From contig NC_086108.1 of assembly GCF_963921235.1 (NCBI RefSeq), forward strand, positions 26,350,001 to 26,414,000: a DNA stretch of 64,000 nt. The letters are read 5' to 3'. The notes below the pieces were generated by a model. The model was not told the origin of the DNA, ran no database searches, and saw nothing but the letters and a program-made list of their open reading frames with translations. This stretch comes from Mobula hypostoma. Taxonomy: Eukaryota. Shown here in pieces: positions 12,119 through 25,394 of the stretch. The position numbers were made by a program, and so were the translations under genes. Numbering within the stretch: the first letter of the stretch is position 1; the number at the start of each line of letters is the position of its first letter.

Positions 12119-14004
12119 CACTGACTCAGACATGTCTTTGAGATGTGGGAGGAAACTGAAGCATCAGGAGGGCATAGATTGGTCTCTTTTCTGGAGAGAG
12201 GAAATCAAGAATCTGAGGGCAAAGGTTTCAGGTGAGATGCGAAAGATGTGATAGGAACTTAAGGGGCAGCTTTATTTACACAAAGGATGGTACATTAATG
12301 GAATGAGCTGCATGTGGAAGTCATTGTGCTTCACAAAGGTATAATAACATTTTTTTAAAAGACAGTTGGACGGGCACAAGAGTAAGAATGGTGAAGAGGT
12401 GTAATGGCCAAACACATGCAATTTGGATGAGTTTGGTTGGGCATCTGGTTGACATTAAGTAGTTGGGCCAAAGGGCCTGCTTCTGTACTCTGTGATTCTA
12501 TAACTTTATGGCTCACTCTACGACACCCAAGGAAATCTATGTATAACAGGACTAGAGGTCAGGGTCAAACCTGGGTTGTTGGAACTGTGAGGAAGCAGCT
12601 CTACTAGCTGTGCCTACTGTGCCATCCAACCACTGCACACTTCCTGATCACTGCAACCAGGGTTCACTCTGTCAAGGCTCTGTGGTAGTTTGTGTACAAC
12701 AACCAACCCACATTAAAAGATTCATGAAGCATTTTCCTCCCTCCTGGGAGCAAGAGTCCACTCCTCAGACCTCAAGCAGAAGCAAAGGAACCTTAATTCC
12801 AAATGAAGAGAGAGAAGGTGGACCTGTTTTTATCAAACAACTCCACCAAGCTTCTAATCTGACAGCAGAACTAAATTTGTCATGGTATTTCAAATTTGGA
12901 TAAGCATCTTGTACCTTTGAATCTTTCAAAAAGAAGCTTCTTCAGAAGCACAAAGTTTAAATCTCTGATATCTGCTGAAAAACGAAAGAATGCTCAGATT
13001 TTTTCCAGCATCTTTATTCATTTTAAGTAGCTTCTTCACTGCCATTCTACCATTAGAAGGTCAATTTAATTTACAAGCGAAATGGGTCCTGTTAGATTAC
13101 GTGTCCTCGGCCCTCTGTCTGATTTAACTGTTCTTTTCAATTCCAGATAAAAGAAAATCTGCCAGGATTACATCAGAAAGCCTATCTAACTTAACGTTCA
13201 CTTAGTGCAGTTGGAAACTATAATCACCTTTCTTGTGTTCTCAGTCACAGCTATTGTTTGCCAGATAGTTAGCTTGTCAACTGAAAAGTTTACCTTCAAA
13301 TTACAATGCTTGATGCATTCAGCAAAGTGACATCTAGCTCAGCTGACTCTTAATTGATAATAAATGTACTCAACATCGTCCAAAACTTTCCTTCAATGTG
13401 TTAAATGTTAAGAATATCCCAACATGTTTTACATTGGGAAGAAGATGTAAGCGAGGGATAAGTAAACAGTTGGGATGGGGGTGGGGTAGATAATAAACAT
13501 TTGGAGCTGGAATTGGGGTTTCAGGAATGTTGTAGAAGTGGGGAGAGGGTTTTGTATAGTGTATGATTGTTGGATGCTAGATATCCCTAATATTAATGAG
13601 GGCATTGTATAAGGAGGTTCAGACAAAATGAGAAGTAGACATCAGATATTTTTACAAGGAGAGGTAAGACGAAGTGTCTGTAAAGATAAGCATGGGAGTA
13701 GGTTTTAGAGAGGTTTAAAAAGGCTTAAAGACATTTTTATATGTACAGCCCTGCAAGGACACTTTTGGAAGTATTTTGTTTTATGTTCTTTTGGACAAGT
13801 TGTGGTGTAAACTGAATGGATGGAAATCAAAAAGACCTTGGAATGACAGTTCATCTTCAAACTTTGTATGGGCCAGCATTTAAGTGTTGGAGGAACTGTC
13901 AGAGGCAAAATAAAGGTGTTATTTTGCATATCTTGTGCTTCTTTTTGCTAACAGAAAAGCTTTGGATTACAACTTGTCATTTCCAAAACAAAACGTTTTA
14001 AACC

Positions 14005-14548
14005 ACAAAACCAAAAGATATGGGAGCAGAATTAGGCTATGGCCCATTGAGTCTGCTCCACCATTTCATCATGGCTGATCCACTTCCCCTCTCAGTCCCA
14101 ATCTCCTACGCTTTTCTCATATCCCTTCATGCACGACTAATCAAGAAACTATCCAACTCTGCCTTAAATATACTCAGTGACTTGGCCCTCACGGCTGCCT
14201 GCTGGCAAAGAATTCTTCAGGTTCACCTCTTCAACTATAGAAAGTCCTCCTCATCTCCATTTTAAAAGGATGCCTCTCTATTCTCAGGCTGTATCCTCTG
14301 GTCTTAGACTCTCCCACCATAGGAAGCATCCTCTCCACATCCATGCTATTGACACTTTTCAACATGCAATAGGTTTCAATTAGGTCACCCTTCATTTTTC
14401 TGAATTCCTGTCAGTACAGGCCCAAAGCCATCAAACACTCTTCATACGACAAGACTTTCAATCCTGGAATCATTTCTGTGAACCTCCTTTGAGCCCTTTC
14501 CAATGCCAGCAAACCCATTCTTAGATAAGGGGCTCAAAACTGCTCACA
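14005..14548 (-). mobile_element. CR1 LINE 3' fragment
   Basis: Colinear with the 3' end of the CR1 at 30537-31140. Confidence 0.8.
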
Positions 14549-14559
14549 GATGATGAACC

Positions 14560-14710
14560 AGGGAACATCTGCAGATGCTGGAAATCCAAGTAACACACAC
14601 AAAGTGCTGAAGGAACTCAGTAGGCCAAGCAGCATCTATGGAAAAGAGTACAGTCGACGTTTCGGGCTGAGACCCTTCATCAGGATTGGAAAATAAATGA
14701 GGTCAGAGTC
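14560..14710 (-). mobile_element. Penelope terminal-repeat fragment
   Basis: Close match to 2351-2465. Confidence 0.75.
14651..14688 (-). ncRNA. Minimal type I hammerhead ribozyme motif (Penelope-associated)
   Basis: Minus strand CAAUC-CUGAUGA-A-GGG UCUCAG CCC-GAAAC-GUC-GACUG: intact CUGANGA and GAAA boxes, stem II, GUC cleavage triplet, stem I with one mismatch. Confidence 0.7.
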
Positions 14711-15499
14711 AAATGATGACATAATTTGTTTGCTGGTATTCCCTCCAACCTTATCCACAAAAATTATGTTGGACATCACAATATGCAGCTTACATTATTA
14801 ACGCTCGATACACACAAAGTACAGATGCTAGGATGTCTCCCTCCTGTCCCTTCTTATTCTATTTTAATGGAAATGTTCTATAATTGTTGGCTGTTCTTAC
14901 TGGAGGTAGAACCATCTATGCATTGCTCTCTTCAGCACAAGAAGCTTTGCTCTGTGGGGTCAATGGCCATTTTTATTGTGGTGACTTAGGACCATCCATT
15001 ACATGGGATATGATAAACCCTATTCCATTGTCTTCAAGAGGTTTCACTTGGGATATCTAAGTACCATTTCCCATGGACTGTGTCAGAGCTTTGGGGAACA
15101 GCACTGTAACTGGGGCGAACTGCTCTCTGGCAGACAACAAGGGTCTCAACCGAAAACCTTTATTGTCCATTTCCTTCCACAGATGCTCCTGGGCTTCTGA
15201 GTCTCTCCAGTATCCAGTCTGTTGCTCCAGATTCCAGCATCTGCAGGCTCTTGGTCTGCACAAATAACATGTTCGATCCTTGCTCAGTAAGTAATTACCA
15301 AATATGCATGCTAGTCACAGTTTACCACATCAAAGCGAAGGTGAGCATGATAGGGTTTTCTTAAAGCAAGAATGTAACTAATTTCCCAACTGTTTACAAG
15401 ACGTTTCCTTCGTTCGGCCTCCATCACCAGCTGTGGGACAGGTTTCACACAGCAGAAAAAGGAGGGTCCACTTTCTAGAAAACTGAGCGGATGAAACAG

Positions 15500-16130
15500 A
15501 ACAGTACAGCACAATTCAGGCCCTTTGGCTCAGCATGTTGTGCTGACCTTTTCATCTGTTCCAAGATCAATCTAACACTTCCCTCACGTATTTCTTTCAT
15601 CCATTGGCCTATCTAAGAGATTACTAAATGTCTCTAATGTATTTGCTTCTGCCATCAACCCTGACAATGCGTTCTACACATCCAGCACTCTGTGTGAAAA
15701 ATCTTCCCCTGACATACCCCCTCTATTTTTCTCCAATAAGCTAAATATTATACTCTCTCCTATTAGCCATTCCCACGCTGGCAAAGGTGTTGGCTGTCCA
15801 CTTTATTTAAAAGCCTCTTATCATCTTATGCACCTCTATCAAGTCATCTCTCATCCTCTCTTACTTCAAAGATACAAGCACTAGCTTATTTGGCCATTGC
15901 TCATAAAACATGCTCTCTAATCCAGGTAGCATCCGAGTAAATCTCCTCTGTACCCTCCCTGAAGTTTACACATCGTTCCTATAATTAAGCGACCAGAAGA
16001 GAACACAATATTCCAAGTGTGGTCTAACCATAGTTTTGTAGAGCTGCAACAATACCTCATGGCTCTTGAACTCAAGCCCCTGAATAATGAAGGCCAACAC
16101 ACTATATGCCTTCTTAACCACGCTATCAGC
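15500..16130 (-). mobile_element. Old CR1 LINE 3' fragment
   Basis: Degenerate similarity to the CR1 RT C-terminus/3'UTR at 5530-6150. Confidence 0.7.
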
Positions 16131-16481
16131 TTGGATGTTGAGGCATTGTCCGTCTTCAAGGCTGAGGCAGATTTTAAGACCATTAAAAGTCGTGAGTTAA
16201 GAAGCTCAGGAAGGTAAAGCCAAGTTCATTACTCAGCCCAGATGGGACCTTACAGACTGGGAAAGCAGGCTTAAGGAGCTATATGGTCTCTCCTGATCAG
16301 GGAACTTAAAACAAAGGTTCAAAAGTTCAGAGTATATTTATTATCAAAGTACTGTGTGCATATGTCACCATATACTATCCGAGATTCATTCTCTTGCAGG
16401 CATTCACAGTGGAACAAAGAAATACAATTGATTCACTGAAAAAATGACATACAAAGACTGGCAAGCAACCAATGTGTAAAA

Positions 16482-16940
16482 GTATAGGACAGGGTCAGGC
16501 CCTCTGACCTACGATGTGCCAAAATATTTAAACTAGTAATTAAGTCTCTAATTAAGCTAATCCCCCTACCCGCACAATGTCTATATTTTTCCATTCTCTG
16601 CACATTCATGTGTCTACCTAAGAGTTTCTTAAATAGCTCTATCACCTTTGCCTCCATTACCACCGCTGATGATGCACTCCAGGCACCCACTACTTCTAGT
16701 GCAAATAAAAATTACGCCACACGTCTCATTTACTCTTAAATGTATGCCCTCTGGTATTAGACATTCTGAACCTGGGAGAAAGACAGCTGTGCATGCCTCT
16801 CAAAATCTTATAAACTTCTATCTGGTGTCCTCACAGCCCCTGCCACTCCAGAATAAACAATTTAAGTTTGTCCAACCTCTCCTTGTATCACATGCCCTAT
16901 AATCCAGATGGTGTCCTGGTAAGCCTCTTCTACAGCCTCT
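16482..16940 (-). mobile_element. Old CR1 LINE 3' fragment
   Basis: Similar to the other CR1 3' ends (FKKLLGRHMN motif). Confidence 0.6.
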
Positions 16941-18967
16941 CCTAATTCTGTTTCCTGAGGGAGGAGCCAAAGAGCCAACACAACTCCATTGTCTCTGTAT
17001 AGCTGGAGTTCAAATTTGAGCTGTGTTCGCTGCTGGATGAAAAGCGGAAGGCAGGAGACAGTGGAAATCTCAGCGAGCTAATCTCACTTGCTGATGGTGG
17101 GTCCATGAGGCAAAGTTATTTTGACAGCTGGAGCAGCATGCCTAAAATGTTAATGGATGCAGATTTGACAGACTATTATGTAATTGCTGTTTGTGGCCTG
17201 GTGCAATGAACAGCCTGGGGGAAATGCAAAGGAAGCCAGCTGTGCCAAAACATTATCTCCTTGTCTATCAAAGCACTAAGACTGTTAACAGTAACTGTGC
17301 TTAACTGTTACCAAAGAAACATTTAATTGAGAGTTTCCATGGGTTAAATGTTCTTGTACAATTTTCATGTCTTTAAGGTGAGGGTTCGTAAGATTGTGGA
17401 CACATTCTGTGATAAGAACATGTGTGGGGAGATATATTTTGAGACCACTAGACTTGCATTGGTAAAAGAAATGTTCATCCTATCCATCAGGAAAATATCT
17501 TATTGTTCAAGTAGTGAATAGTAATTTTCCAGAATGAAAACATTAATTTGCAGAAGCTTAAAATGAAACAGAAAATGTCAAAGATACTCAGAAGGTCAAG
17601 CAGCATTTATGGAAGGAAGCAAATTTAACTTTTCAGATCAATAATCCTTCAATAGAATGGCTCTGGTGAAGAGTTATTTATTTGAATATCAATTCTGATT
17701 CTGTCTCCACATTAATTTACATGTGGACTGATTCCATTTCTTTCATTAAAATTATGTGCTGCATTTATATTTAAACTGTTCTGTATTTTATTTGTAAATA
17801 AATCTAGAGCAGTCATCTTGCCTGGGTAGCATGTCCTGATATGTAATACCTTCCACCTTTGGGTTGTTTGGCATATCAATACCTATGTATCGAGGCTGTG
17901 GAGCCCGAGACAGTGGGTAAAGAACAGCCCAAGGTTTGGCCGATGTAAGTACTGGGCCACATTGAAATGGCCGAGTTCAGAGGCAAGAGTTTGGCTTGCT
18001 GCTCTGCGGGATTTGTTTGTCTCTGTGCTGGGATGAGTCTGTGACCTGCAACTAACGGTCTTCTGGATAGGCTGCAGTGATGCTTGGTGTTGTGAACTTC
18101 AGTTCTGAATGCTGTTTTCTTGCTTTTATTGTTTGCACAAATAGTTTTTTTTTCCTCTCTGTGCATTGGATGTTGGAATGGTCTTTTTTTGTTTTTAATG
18201 GGTTCCTTTGTTTCGTGGCTGTCTGTAAGGAGACGAATCTCAAGGTTGTATGAAGAGCACATAGTTTAATAAAATGCACTTTAAATTTTGAACTTTGAAA
18301 TTGACAATGACACAAATTAATCTTTAGATGTGAGCCAAACTAAGCCAAGAGACTATAGGTGTTGGAATCTGGAGAAACAGACAATCTGTTGGAGAAACTC
18401 AATGGACTGAGCAGTGACTGAGTGCATTGGGTGGGGAGGGACTGTTGAAAACATAAGTTGCAAGGGGGATTGCAGGTTTCCGTTTAATGATGATAGTCAA
18501 ACTCAGTCGATGAGTCATTGAAATATACAGTGTGGAAACAGACCCTTCTGCCCATTGAGTCCCTGCAGACCATCAACTGTTCATTCTTTTATACTGACTC
18601 TAATCCATTTTATTCTGCCAAATTCTCAATACCATCCACTCCTCTCCCCAGCCCAGATCTCAACATTCATTCATACATTGGGATGGGATGGAAATGGAGG
18701 ATGTACTAAACAGTTAACAACAAATCAAGTCACTGTAGGAAGAAGCATGCTTCATCTACCCCCTGACTTTCCGCAAGACTTAATTTTATACTTAATAAAG
18801 CATGAAAGTAAGGGATTCCTCAGTCTTAGCATTAAAAGGAAACCATTAATTTTATAGGTTAACATTGTGACCTCCATGCTTAAAATGGCATTTAGTGATG
18901 TAATCTATGATGTGTCTGATAAAAGAGATATGTGTAGTGTATACATATCAGTTTCATTGTACTGTAG

Positions 18968-20770
18968 TACTAAGACTTTTGCACAGTACGGTAGTAATTT
19001 TATGTATTGCACTGTCCTGCTGCCACAAAAAATACAAATTTCATGACATACAGGTCGTGAGTGATAATAAACCTGATTCGGATATGAGTCTCTGTTGTGG
19101 ATGGAGAATGGGAAGGGGGCAGGGAGAAGGGAATCATGAAGGGAATTATGAAGACCCTGGAAAGACTTGTTCAGCAGCTGCTCCAGACTATGGTCAGGCC
19201 ACACTTAGATCCACTCCAGTTCGCCTATCAGCCCCGACTAGGAGTTGAGGATGCCATCATGTACCTGCTGAACCGTCTCTACGCCCACCTGGACTAGCCA
19301 GCGAGCACTGTGAGGGTCATGTTTTTTGACTTTTCCAGTGCGTTTAACACCATCCGCCCTGCTCTGCAGGGGGAGAAGCTGACAGCGATGCAGGTGGATG
19401 CTTTCCTGGTGTCATGGATTCTTGATTACCTGACTGGCAGACCACAGTACATGTGCTTGCAACACTGTGTGTCCGACAGAAGGATCAGCAGCACTGGGGC
19501 TCCACAGGGGACTGTCTTGTCTCCCTTTCTCTTCACTATTTACACCTCGGACTTCAACTACTGCACGGAGTCTTGTCATCTTCAGAAGTTTTCTGATGAC
19601 TCTGCCATAGTTGGATGCATCAGCAAGGGAGATGAGGCTGAGTACCGGGCTACAGTAGGAAACTTTGTCACATGGTGTGAGCAGAATAATCTGCAGCTTA
19701 ATGTGAAAAAGATTAAGGAGCTAGTGGTAGACCTGAGGAGAGCTAAGGTACTTGTGACCCCTGTTTCCATCCAGGGGGTCAGTGTAGATATGGTGGAGGA
19801 TTACAAATACCTGGGGATACGAATTGACAATAAACTGGATTGGTCAAAGAACACTGAGGCTGTCTACAAGTAGGGTCAGAGCCGTCTCTATTTCCTGAGG
19901 AGACTGAGGTCCTTTAACATCTGCCAGACGATGCTGTGGATGTTCTACGAGTCTGTGGTGGCCAATGCTATCATGTTTGCTGTTGTGTGCTGGGGTAGCA
20001 GGCTGAGGGTAGCAGACACCAACAGAATGAACAAACTCATTCGTAAGGCCAGTGATGTTGTGGGGATGGAACTGGACCCTCTGACGTTGGTGTCTGAAAA
20101 GAAGATGCTGTCCAAGTTGCACACCATCTTGGACAATGTCTCCCATCCACTACATAATGTACTGGTTGGGCACAGGAGTACATTCAGCCAGAGACTCATT
20201 CCACCAAGATGCAACACAGAGTATCATAACAAGTCATTCCTGCCTGTGGTCATCAAACTTTACAACTCCTCCCTTGGTGGGTCAGACACCCTGAGCCAAC
20301 AGGCTGGTCCTGGACTTATTTCCTGGCATCATTTACATATTACTTTTTAACTATTTATGGTTTTATTACTATTTATTATTTATGGTGCAACTGTAATGAA
20401 AACCAATTTCGCTCGGGATCAATAAAGTATGACTATGACTATGACTATGATCGGGAAAAGGGAAAGCGAAAGGGAAGGGAATGGGAAACACCAGAGATGC
20501 ATTCTGTAATGATCAATAAACTAATTGTTTGGAACCATATGTCCTTGCCTGGTGTCTCAGGGCAGGGTGTGTCTGCACCTGCGCCAACCCCCACCCCCGG
20601 CATTCCTTCATTGTCACCTGTCCAACACCTATCCCGTGGCACTTCACCCCCAGTATTTTCAACTTCCTCTGTTCTTGCAGGATTTACAAACTCACTCTCT
20701 GCTCCATATTGACAAATACAGTGCTGTGCAAAAGTCTTAGGCTCCCTATGCACTAAGACTTTTGCAAAAT
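18968..20770 (+). mobile_element. Hairpin-ended MITE copy split by a Rex1 insertion
   Basis: 18968-19138 and 20449-20770 join into a copy colinear with 11573-12118. Confidence 0.75.
19134..20448 (+). mobile_element. Rex1/Babar LINE, 5'-truncated, with in-frame stops
   Basis: LDPLQFAYQPRLGVEDAI, VMFFDFSSAFNTI, GAPQGTVLSPFLF, LQKFSDDSAIVG; AATAAA then (GACTAT)n tail. Confidence 0.92.
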
Positions 20771-20889
20771 TCTCTATTACCCCAATCTCAGTTTCAATCA
20801 CCTGAGCCTGCAGTGCAGAAAGGCCAGTGGAATCAGATTAAAGAAATGATGACATGGGTCAGATCACAGTAGCAGTACCACTGAGGCTA

Positions 20890-20892
<3 letters not shown>

Positions 20893-20922
<30 letters not shown>
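20893..20922. repeat. (TG)n microsatellite
   Basis: Directly visible. Confidence 0.95.
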
Positions 20923-20928
<6 letters not shown>

Positions 20929-21270
20929 CAGATGCTTAAGAGCAATTGCCCTGCTTATGGGATCCTAAATGTCATTAAGCTGCCTGAAGAGCCATTTACA
21001 ATAAAGCATTCTCACAGACACCAAACAAGGAAAGCAAACATTTAACTAATAAGCATTTTAGAAATTCAGGATTGGTAAGGTTGGAACTTTATTTCTTCGG
21101 CTGAAGGCTGATATTCTGGAAGTACAGGAAACTATGAGGGGCATTAATAAGGTGGATTGTCACAGTCTTTTACCCAGCATAGGGTAGACTGAAACTAGTG
21201 GACATAGTGTGTGGGAAAAGATATAATGGAGACCTCAGGGGCAACTGTCTAACACAAAGGGCAGTGCATT

Positions 21271-21557
21271 TAATTATTTATTGGTATATAGCGTGGAATA
21301 GGCCCTTCTGACCCTTGGAGCTACGCTGCCCCGTAATCTACCAACATAACATTAGCCTAATCACAAGACAATTTACAATGACCAATTAACCTACCAACCA
21401 GTAAGTCATTGGTCTGCGGGAGGAAACCAGAACACCGAAGGAAACCTACATGGACACGGGGAAAACATACAAAGTCCTTATTGGCAACAGCAGGAATTGA
21501 ACATGGCTGCTTGTACTGTAAAGCGATGTGCCAACCACTACACTACTGTACCACCCC
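21271..21557 (-). mobile_element. V-SINE (HE1-like) inserted in an old plus-strand CR1 tail (~21080-21760)
   Basis: tRNA-like head at ~21495-21557 on the minus strand; flanks join into a CR1 3' end. Confidence 0.65.
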
Positions 21558-22073
21558 TTCAACAAGCTGCCTGAGGAAGATGTAAAATTTGGTCAAACTA
21601 CATCAGTTAAAAGCCATTTGCACAGGTACCTGGATAGGAAGTGTTTTGCAGGCTATAAGCCAAGTGCAGGGAAACAGGATGAGCTTAGATAGATCACTTA
21701 GTTGGCACAGATGGGTTGGGCCAAAATGCTTGTTTTCATATTTCACTGTATGACTCCATGACTCAAAGATTAAGTAAGATAAGATCTGAAATATCATAAA
21801 CTATAAAATCCTACTTCTAAAATCAATATTATATTTGCAATATTTATATGAGAGAATTACAAATGTGCATATATAAAATCAGCAAATCTTTCAGGGACAG
21901 AAAGGTTGCTCAGCAGTACTTATGATTTAATACGTCCTTAAAAACTAACTTTGACCTCATTCAACAAAGCGTAACAATTTCAAAGTGATTTGCAGGGGAT
22001 TTAGTTTGTAAAGTATAGTCAGAGTCAGAGAGTCAAAGAGTTGTAAGGGACAGAAACAAGCCATTCAGCCCAT

Positions 22074-24850
22074 CATAGAAACATAGAAAATAGGTGCACG
22101 AGTAGGCCATTCGGCCCTTCGAGCCTGCACCGCCATTCAGTATGATCATGGCTGATCATCCAACTCAGAACCCTGTACCAGCCTTCCCTCCATACCCCCT
22201 GATCCCTTGAGCCACAAGGGCCATATCTAACTCCCTCTTAAATACAGCCAATGAACTGGCCTCAACTGTTTCATGTGGCAGAGAATTCCACAGATTCACC
22301 ACCCTCTGTGTGAAGAAGTTTTTCCTAATCTCGGTCCTAAAAGGCTTCCCCTTTATCCTCAAACTGTGACCCCTCGTTCTGGACTTCCCCAACATCGGGA
22401 ACAATCTTCCTGCATCTAGCCTGTTCAATCCCTTTAGGATTTTATACGTTTCAATAAGATCCCCCCTCAATCTTCTAAATTCCAGAGAGTATAAGCCTAG
22501 TCGATCCAGTCTTTCATCATATGAAAGTCCTGCCATCCCAGGAATCAATATGGTGAACCTTCTTTGTACTCCCTCTCTGGCAAGAATGTCTTTCCTCAGA
22601 TTAGGGGACCAAACTGCACACAATTCTCCAGGTGTGGTCTCACCAAGGCCTTGTACAACTGCAGTAGTACCTCCCAGCTCCTGTACTCGAATCCTCTTGC
22701 TATGAATGCCAGCATACCATTCGCCTTTTTCACTGTCTGCTATACCTGCAAGCCCATTTTCAATGACTGGTGTATAATGACACCCGGGTCTCGTTGCACC
22801 TACCGTTTTCCTAATCGGCCACCATTCAGATAATAATCTGATTTCCTGTTTTTGCCACCAAAGTGGATAACCTCACATTTATCCACATTAAATTGCATCT
22901 GCCATGAATTTGCCCACTCACCTAACCTATCCAAGTCACCCTGCATCCTCTTAGCATCCTCCTCACAGCTAACACTGCCACCCAGCTTCGTGTCATCCGC
23001 AAACTTGGAGATGCTACATTTAATTCCCTCATCTAAGTCACTAATATATATTGTAAACAACTGGGGTCCCAGCACTGAGCCTTGCAGTACCCCACTAGTC
23101 ACTGCCTGCCATTCTGAAAAGGTCCCGTTTATTCCCACTCTTTGCTTCCTGTCTGCCAACCAATTCTCTATCCACATCAATACCTTACCCCCAATACTGT
23201 GTGCTTTAAGTTTGCACACTAATCTCCTGTGTGGGACCTTGTTAAAGCCTTTTGAAAATCCAAATATACCACATCCACTGGTTCTCCCCTATCCACTCTA
23301 CTAGTTACATCCTCAAAAAATTCTATGAGATTCGTCAGACATGATTTTCCTTTCACAAATCCATGCTGACTTTGTCCAATGATTTCACCGCTTTCCAAAT
23401 GTGCTGTTATCACATCTTTGATAACTGACTCTAGCATTTTCCCCACCACCGATGTTAGGCTAACCGGTCTATAATTACCTGGTTTCTCTCTCACTCCTTT
23501 TTTAAAAAGCGGGGTTACATTATCCACCCTCCAATCCTCAGGAACTAGTCCAGAATCTAAAGAGTTTTGAAAAATTATCACTAATGCATCCACTATTTCT
23601 TGGGCCACTTCCTTAAGCACTCTGGGATGCAGACCATCTGGTCCTGAGGATTTATCTGCCTTTAACCCCTTCAATTTACCTAACACCACTTCCCTACGAA
23701 CATGTATTTCCCTCAGTTCCTCCATCTCACTGGACCCTCTGTCCCCTACTATTTCCAGAAGATTATTTATGTCCTCCTTAGTGAAGACAGAACCAAAGTA
23801 GTTATTCAATTGGTCTGCCATGTCCTTGTTCCCCATAATCAATTCACCTGTTTCTGTCTGTAGGGAACCTACATTTGTCTTAATCAATCTTTTTCTTTTC
23901 ACATATCTATAAAAGCTTTTACAGTCAGTTTTTATGTTCCCCGCCAGTTTTCTCTCATAATCTTTTTTCCCTTTCCTAATTAAGCCCTTTGTCCTCCTCT
24001 GCTGGACTCTGTATTTCTCCCAGTCCTCAGGTGAGCCACTTTCTCTGGCTAATTTGTATGCTACTTCTTTGGAATTGATACTATCCCTAATTTCTCTTCT
24101 CAGCCACGGGTGCACTACCTTCCTTGATTTATGCTTTTGCCAAACTGGGATGAACAATTGTTGTAGTTCATCCATGCAATCTTTAAATGCTTGCCATTGC
24201 GTATCCACCATCAACCCTTTAAGTATCATTTGTCAGTCTATCTTAGCTAATTCATGTCTCATACCTTCAAAATTACCATTCTTTCAGTTCAGAACCTTTG
24301 TTTCTAAATTATCTATGTCACTCTCCATCTTAATGAAGAATTCCACCATATTATAGTCACTCTTACCCAAGGGGCCTCTCATGACAAGATTGCTGATTAA
24401 CCTTTCCTCATTGCTCAATACCCAGTCTAGAATAGCCTGCTCTCTAGTTTGTTCCTCGACATGTTGGTTCAAAAAACCATCCCACATACATTCCAAGAAA
24501 TCCTCTTCCTCAGCACCCTTACCAATTTGGTTCACCCAATCTATATGTAGATTGAAGTCACCCATTATAATTGCTGTTCATTTATTGCACGCATTTCTAA
24601 TTTCCTGTTTAATGCCATTCCCAAACTCACTACTACTGTTAGGTGGCCTGTACACAACTCCCACCAGCATTTTCTGCCCCTTAGTGTTATGCAGCTCTAC
24701 CCATATTGATTCCACATCCTCCCGGCTAATGTCCTTCCTTTCTATTGCGTTAATCTCCTCTCTAACCAGCAATGCTACCCCACCTCCTTTTCTTTCATGT
24801 CTATCTCTCCTGAATATTGAATATCCCTGAATGCTGAGCTCCCATCCTTG
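22074..24850 (-). mobile_element. CR1 LINE, ~2.8 kb (partial APE endonuclease plus RT, frameshifted)
   Basis: VGVVYRPPN, MGDFNLH, LGKSDYN (APE); NYRPVSLTS, QHGFVKGKSCLTNL, GSVLGPQLF, KFADDTKL (RT); (TTTCTATG)n tail. Confidence 0.95.
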
Positions 24851-25394
24851 GTCATATTCATGCTAATCTTTATAATCCCATTTTTTTCATTAGTTCTGTA
24901 TCCTTCTATACCTCACCTATTCAAGTGTTTGTCTAAGTGTTTCTTAATCATATTATTTGTATCTGACTGTACCATCTTCCAAATACCAAGCACTCTGTAC
25001 AAAATGTATCCCTCTGATCTCTTTTCAAACTCCTTCCTCTCACCTTAAACCCATGCCCACTCGTTTTTACGACTGCTACTAAAGAGGAAAGATTTTGATC
25101 ACTTAAAAAGTTGCTGTTTTATTCATTTCAGTGATTTTCCTTGACTCCATTAGAAGACAGCAACTGCACAGTGTGACAGAGAGCAGAATCACTGAGAGAA
25201 ACAACTGAATTTCGAATATGGACTATAGACATGGAGAAACCCCATTGTTGCATCAGCTTCATGGTGAAATGAGCAGGAACACTTACTGTTTTACTGAAAT
25301 TATAATGCAAAATTCAGGACAATATTTCAGAATGTAGGTGGTTAATGCATGAAGCAGGAAGGTATCTGGTTTATTAGTCTCTCCTCAAGGCTAA

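Noticed and set aside
22852..24830. Plus-strand ORFs of 100-150 aa
   Set aside because: Antisense shadows of CR1 ORF2
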